Assembly (NCBI GenBank): GCA_964016885.1
Contig: OZ024740.1
Span: 270,630,001-270,694,000, forward strand
Length of the DNA: 64,000 nucleotides
Reading direction: 5' to 3'
Source of the DNA: Eledone cirrhosa
Lineage: Eukaryota
In this document: positions 40,001 to 47,745 of the stretch, one piece after another
Layout: each line of letters begins with the position of its first letter
How positions within the stretch are numbered: the first letter of the stretch is position 1
Notes under the pieces: model-generated
Databases searched by the model: none
What the model was told of the DNA's origin: nothing
The model's input: the letters and a program-made list of their open reading frames with translations, nothing else
Translations under genes and position numbers: made by a program

Positions 40001-40324
40001 GTCACCTGACCCAACTTGCCTCAAATGCGACAATCCATCTAACTCATGTTAGCGTAAAAAATGAAGATTAAATGATGGTGATGCTGCATGAAGAATGACA
40101 GTTAAGTAAAAGAGTGTTACATAGAAGGAACTTGTGGAAGACGACCAAAGAAGCCATGGAATGAAGTAGTGGTGGATGATCCCACAGGGCTGAACATCAG
40201 AAAAGAGATGAAAAAGGACTGTTGCAAACAACAAAACACTGTGCTCAAGAAGAAACATGTAATCTATACAAGCATGAAGCTGCAGACAAAAAAATGGTGA
40301 TGACGCGGTTGATGATATAGAGTG

Positions 40325-40365
<41 letters not shown>

Positions 40366-43025
40366 CAAGCCAGAATCAGTTCCTGTCCCACCATTGCAAG
40401 CAGGGAAAGTGGACGTAAAATGATGATGATGATGATGATGATGATGATATATATATATAACTCTGCTAAAATTCAAGCCATTAAGATATTCTCATTTGGT
40501 ATAAATCTCTAGGGAAATTATCAAAAGGCATGAGCTCTCCAAAGGTGCAATGATGTATGGACCTACCAGAATTTAATATGAAAGTGTATATAAGATAGAG
40601 GAAGAGAGGAAACACACAGAAAATACATTAGCTGCTTACAAAGGTTATAGATATAAAGCACGCAGTATCTAAATCTATACAAATATTGATAAATTGTGTA
40701 CTTGAAAAATTTCTTAGAAAATGCAGTAAAAGATGAATGAAATCAAAAGATTGTCAACCCTGTTTGCACTAATGTGTATGTCTTTATGCATGTGTACATT
40801 ATGTATGTATGTATGTATGTATGAAATATATTGTTGGCGTTTTATGAATATATATAAATGTATATTTTTTATATATTTCTTCCCATGTGAAGTGACTTCT
40901 ATAACTTCCATAGACCTTTGTTCTGGCATATAAGAAACCCATTGCATACACACCTACAAATATACAGGCATGTGTGTGTGTCTCCTCCTCTCTCTAACTC
41001 ACTTTCTCTCTCCCTCTTTCTCTCTACATATATATATATATATATATATTATTACACATCTATCTTTATGTATATAAACAAATAAATCAAAATAAAATGA
41101 AATTATATCGATCTGTTTGTACTATAAAACCTCAACGGGAATTAGATGCAAAAATTTCATAAATCCAGAGCATACTCAATATAAATATATATATATCATC
41201 ATCACCGTTTAATGTCCATTTTCCATGCAGAACAGTTATACCATTGTGAGACACACTGGGTCTGATGACCTGCTCATACAAGAATGGTTTTGGCTTGGTT
41301 TCTACAGCTGGATGCCCTTCCTAACACCAACCAGATTTACAGTGTGGACTGGGTGCTTTTTGTCATGACACCTACATGACCACTTTACAGTGTGGGCTGG
41401 GTGCTTTTTGTCATGTCACCTATATGACCACTTTACAGTGTGGGCTGGTCACTTTTTGTTGTGACACCTATACGACCACTTTACTGTATGGGCCTGGGCA
41501 TTTTTTGTTGTGACCCCTACACAACCACTTTACAGTGTGGGCTGGGTGCTTTTTGTTGTGACACCTAAATAAAAAATGGAGAGGTTAATAGGAATAAACC
41601 AGCCTCTTTCTTTTTTTCCTTTTACCAATGGGCAGGTCTTCTCTGGTACAGCATGTCGCTAATCAGTCCAGTCTTTTGTCATTACTGTCATGGGGCTCAG
41701 CTTCCTATGGTTGGTCTTCACTACTTCATCCCATCTCTTCCTAGGTCTACCACTTCCATGTGTCCCATCCACTGAGAGTTCTCTGCACTTCTCTATACCA
41801 CAATCATTTTCTATACAAGGGTCAGCAGAAAAATTCATAAGCTGACTATAAAAGTGTGAAGCTAAGGCTGTGAAATCTTGCATGCATTAATTTCAACTCT
41901 GTTGCTTTCTATGGACTATGTTGAAAATAAACCTCATTTGGTCATTCCATGAGAGCATCTTAGCCAACCTATGAACTTTTTGACCTCTGAACTTTACAGC
42001 CGACTCTTGTACACATCACATGTCCTTACCAGCACAGTCTTCACTTTAACACACTAAAATTGATTCCTTTCATACTGGGCTTTTCTCTCGGCTCACTTAT
42101 GTTATGTTATTCATACACACTAATAGTCTGTGACAGCCATTTTAGCGATCTAAGAACACACAACAATTGTTATGTTCACTTTTTAGTATCCTACTGAAAT
42201 TTTTGTTGTAGCACTGGCGCTGCAACAGCCTATCTGAGGAAGGAACCATGCGAGGTGGAGTTGCTGGTTATTATTGTCTGTGGAAATTTCTTTGCAGTTT
42301 TGTCCATGGGGTGCAGCCGAAACACTGCTTTGACTTAAGTGTAGAGTCTGTCACCCTCTCCTCTTCCTCCTTTATTTTGTTGCTTAATAATCCTTACCCT
42401 TTCCATCCTTTTCCTCTCATAGTCTTTTGCAATGCTACTTTCTTTTTCTATCTGTTTGACTAAATATTAAATTTTTTATTATTTTCATGTAATATTGTCT
42501 TAGAGGTCCATAACTAATAGTTACCAGCCTCAGGGTTTTTCTCTTTTTTTATGAAATTTTTATTAAAAACTTTTTTTTAAAGTTTCTTTTAACTTGTACT
42601 GGACATTTAGGTCTGTTATCCAATAGTTTTAGCTCTTGAGACTGGCCACTTCTATATTTCATTTTCCTGTCAGTTTATTAAATCATATGTACCATTATTG
42701 CTAATTTACTGGGGTTTTTTTTTACTCTACTCTCTATCTTTTCTTTCATTCTCCTCTCACTTTTTCTTCTCATTTTGTTTGTTAGTCATAATGGTTGATT
42801 TTGAATTTATGATGATGGACAAGAATCATTTTCCTACGTTTTAATGCTCTTTTCTTTTACATTTATGCTGAAGTGTTTTTTTTTTTTGTTTTTTTTTCGT
42901 TATATATGTTCTGGTATATATAACTATAGAAATTTAGATTCTTGCTAAGTAGATTTAAAATAAAATTATATAGCATAAAATAGAAATTTAAAATAAATGT
43001 GTACCATAAAAAGATATAGAAAAAC

Positions 43026-43077
<52 letters not shown>

Positions 43078-43397
43078 AAGGCGGGTAAAATTCCCGAGAT
43101 CCATGGACGAGTTCTCTCCAGCGGTCTCTGTCCCTCATTATCGCTGCCATGTCCTGTGTCTCCAACAGACCAGTGTCTGTCCTTAGGGCATCAACATACG
43201 TTAACCTTGGTCTTCCTCTTCTAGTGTGTGCATGTAGGGGCTCCCAAAGGAGCACTGAGTGCAATGTCAACTCTGGATGTCGGTGAGCATGTGCAGCTAA
43301 CCTCAGTCTCCTCTGTGTCACTTTTGAGCTGACTTTTGGGATGCTCCCATACAGCTCTGAGTTTTTCATCCTCAGTGTATACTGATTAATGTTCAGA

Positions 43398-43457
<60 letters not shown>

Positions 43458-43916
43458 GGGAACATAAGTGCACATTCATTTAAAGCTAGCCATCAAGACT
43501 GATAAAAAGAAAGGTTGTGAAAAATGAAAGAATGATAATAATAATAATAAGACATACACAAGAATACAACCTAGAAGAGATGAACAATGATCAATGCTAA
43601 GAGGTCACACAATAATGCCTCCATATGTCTAGTAATTTCAACATTTATTATAAAGTTTGTTTTAAGAGAAAACATGAGTTTAAAAAAGAAAAAGTCTCCA
43701 GTAGCTGGGAGTCAATTAGCTGCTGTAGAATTGTGTCCCTGACCCCATTCATAGTGGACTATAAAAAATGTTGACACCTCATGAAATAGATGAAATGAAT
43801 ATAACACATTTTGTGAGTTTAGATAGCTAAAATAGCTTTTTCACAATGGTATTGCTTCCTTACACTCTCTCTCTATCTCTCCATCTGTTTATCTTTGTCT
43901 ATTTACATATGTCTAA

Positions 43917-43955
<39 letters not shown>

Positions 43956-44257
43956 GGTGATGATGATGATGATGATGATATATATATATATATAGGTGTA
44001 TGGTTGCAAGAAAAATTGCGTCTGTAGGTGGTATGCCGGTTGAGCACTCGATGCTCACACATAGATGAGTATAATACTATAATAGTATAGGAACAACGAT
44101 TCAGTGTTGCATCATAACATAGTTAATAACATATTACATATATTTCACTATCGATCAGCTCGAGGAAAGACCTATTATTGATCAAATCTGACTCTGTAAT
44201 CGAAAGGCCGTCACATATGTTTCCTATGTGATCATGTCTATGCATATATATATATGT

Positions 44258-44304
<47 letters not shown>

Positions 44305-44334
44305 CTGTCTGTATATGTCACTGTTGTAACTAAT

Positions 44335-44373
<39 letters not shown>

Positions 44374-47300
44374 TCATTTAACATCCATTTTTCCATGCTA
44401 GCATTGGTTAGATGAGTTGTCCTGTTGTGAGCAATACCAGGTCAGATGATCTTGTCTTGCTCATATAGAACTGATTTATAATTGGGCCAAAATACCTTCG
44501 ATCATTTTCCCACTCACTCAATGCTTTAATTAGGCCAAAAGGAAAGCAGAGTGCACACTAATAAGTTGAGTATTGAGGAAAGTGATTTCATACAGGTATA
44601 ATGATTGATTCTCTGGCCCTGGACTAATGCATTAGTTTCTGCTACTCCATCTGCTGGCAACAGTCCATATGGAACTGGCTTGCACAGAAATTAGGTAATG
44701 CTATTAAGCATTATGTAATTGGTTAAGAGCAGCTTCATCAGCAAGGAATTAGCCTCTTTCAAACAGGTTAGTACGAGCCTACTGTCTTAGTGTGAACTCA
44801 TCATTACAGTAGTAAGCTCCACGTTCAGTGTCACATATCTTTATACATGAATGCCTGTATCTATGTATCTATGTATGTCTTCTTTCTCTTTCTCTCCCCC
44901 CTTCCCTTTCACATATATATATGTGTGTGTATAAAAATATTCATGTAAGTAATATAATGTCAATACATATATTATTGGTTTTTTTTAAATTCTTGTATTG
45001 AATTGTGCCCCTCCTCCTCACCCACATGATCACATACTCATATATTCATTATACACATACAAACCTTAGACTATATCATAAATCTTTCTCAATAAAGAAT
45101 AAGAACCGCAAAGGATTCAGGCATAGTATTTTAAACCTCTTTAAATGTTCTGTTTTTTTTTGTTTTTTTTTCTCTTATTTTGTTTCCTAGGAAACACAGA
45201 GATTATCCGAGTTTTTGAATGTCTTTTTCACCCGAACTTACCCAATAGAAAACATGCGTCTTGAATGGGCCTATAATTTATATGATGGTTGTGAACATAT
45301 GTCATCTTGGAGTGAAAATATCAAGCTGTTTTGGGAAATTCTTAACAATGAGGTTTGTTTCATTAAAAGAATTTATTTTATTTTATTTCATTTTCATTTG
45401 AAAACTTTCTGCATTAAAGCTAGAAAAAAATAAAATGATAAATATAAATTTATGAAAAAATATAGTTTTTATGTTGCAATCGATAGAAACTCATCATTAA
45501 CCATTAGTAATAACTCATTTGATTCTGAATTCTAAATATTTCCTACTGATCAAATCGTATTAGATTTAGTCGCTCCTCCACCCCTCTGTCAGTATTGTTC
45601 TTTTTTTTCCCCTTGCTTTTGAATGAATTGGCTATTGTCATAATTTTCTTTCTTCTCATCATCACCATCATCATCATCGTTTTTTATTTTTAATAATGTG
45701 GTGAGTTGGCAGAATTGTGAAAGCTTCGAAAAAAATAATGTCTTTTCTTGCTGCATTCTGAGTTCAAATCCCACCAATGTCAACTTTGCTTTTCATCCTT
45801 CTAAAGTCAATGAATATTGTACCAGCCTAGGGTGATGAAGTAGCTGAGATCTTGTATTATCAGATGAAATGCTTTGCTGTATTTGTTGTGGCTTTTTATT
45901 TTTCTGACTTCAAATTGAATGATGGCTTACTTGGGTGGTAGAATTAATCTGTTACCCTTGTGTGCTTTTAGTAAAGTCTACTTTGTTATGAGCATTCAAG
46001 CCAGGTATTGAGTCTCAGGATACTCCCCTCCCTCCCATCCACTAATATTGAAGCTCCTGAAAAAATAAAATAAATGGTAATTGGGTGCTGTCCTTCTTTA
46101 TTAATAAACTAAAACATGCATCTACTCTCTTTATATAGTTCTTCTAATATTAAATAGATTTGAAGGACAGTGGATACTGGAACAAAAAGCCAAATATTCC
46201 CTGTGGTATTTCCTTACATCCCTATATACTTTGTGTTCAATTCCTGCCATGGTCAAATTGGACTTTTTTCTTTTCAGGCTTGATGAAACAATTTGAATTT
46301 ACATACTAGAGTAAATTTTTATCGACTACTCTCATCTCTTCCAAATTTGTAGCTTTGTGATAAAATTGCAAATTACTATTAGATACTTTAGAATGTAATT
46401 AGCTACTAATTTCAGATTCCACTAAAGTTAAACTTTTCTTTCCAAACTTTCATGAATTGGTAAATTAAGGACTAATTTATAGCAGGATAAATTTAATTAC
46501 ACTACAATCCTGCTTAAATCTGATTGTTCCTGCATCAAAGAGCTTCTACATGGTTGCACAACTGCTAGAATTTGAAGTGAAATAAGACCACTGTAACATT
46601 TTAAAAAAAAAGGACACAAAGGATGATTTAGTCTTGGGTACACAGTGCCAGAAAAAAAAAAGGATGGATGGATATCAGTGTAATATTTTTTATCAAAGGT
46701 CTGCGCAACAGTCATTATAGTCGAGAATGTGCTGATAAAAGCAATACCAAAAACATCATTCAACACTAATACTACTACTAATAATAATAATTGTTTCTAC
46801 TATAAGCACAAGGCCAGCAATTTTGGTGGGAGGAGAAAGTTGATTAAATCAAACCCTGTGCATTACTGATACTTTATTTTATCAACCCAGTAAGGATGAA
46901 AGACAAAGCTAACCTCAGCAGGATTTTAACTTAGAACGTAAAGGGCAGTAACTCTATGTTGCAAAGCATATTGTCAGAAGCTCTACTGATACTTTCAATA
47001 ATAATAATAATTATAGTAATAACTAGTAGAATGGCCCGGCGTTGCTCGGGATTTGCTCTAGGGTTCTTATATATTTGATATATATTCATCCTTATCGAGC
47101 CTCGTGAAATAAATACGTTTGTTTATATTTTGTTATTGTGTATGCAAAAATATCTGTACACGAATATATATATATAAATGAAAAATGGCGAACTGTGTTG
47201 TTGCGAATATGTCTTTTTCTCTTCCCTTACTGCTATCCTCTTTCTCTCTCCCCCTTCTCTCTCCTTCTCTCTCCTTCTCCCTCTTACTTTCACTCACCCC

Positions 47301-47713
47301 CCCTCTGCTAGTCACCATCTCTCGGCTAGCCTCTTCCTCACACTTTCACTCAACCACTCTCTGCTACTCACTTCCTCCATCGTCCCACACCGTACGCAAT
47401 CTTTCTTCTCGCTCACATCCGCACGGCCACGATGTGTCTTTGCTTTCTCGTCAATATTCGCAAGTTCTTATGTTCAAAATGAATTATTGACTTGATTTTC
47501 TCATGTTTTCCTCTCTTTACATTGCCTCACCATTCGTGTTTGTTTACCTGTCTCTCTTTCTCCACCCAATTCTTTTTATTCCAATAACTTAATTTAGTTA
47601 TTGTATCGCCCTAGCTTGAGGTATATGGTCTGTAATGTGAAGAAATACCTATGATGGCTAGTAGACCACTGATGACAGATATTCCTGGCTTCTATTTCTA
47701 ATTCTTCATTTAT

Positions 47714-47745
<32 letters not shown>

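Noticed and set aside
41330-41570. Regularly spaced repeats of about 43 bp resembling a CRISPR array (also 19430-19660, 6350-6580)
   Set aside because: Units are contiguous tandem copies without unique spacers, belong to the RTE UTR motif, and the context is eukaryotic with no cas genes.
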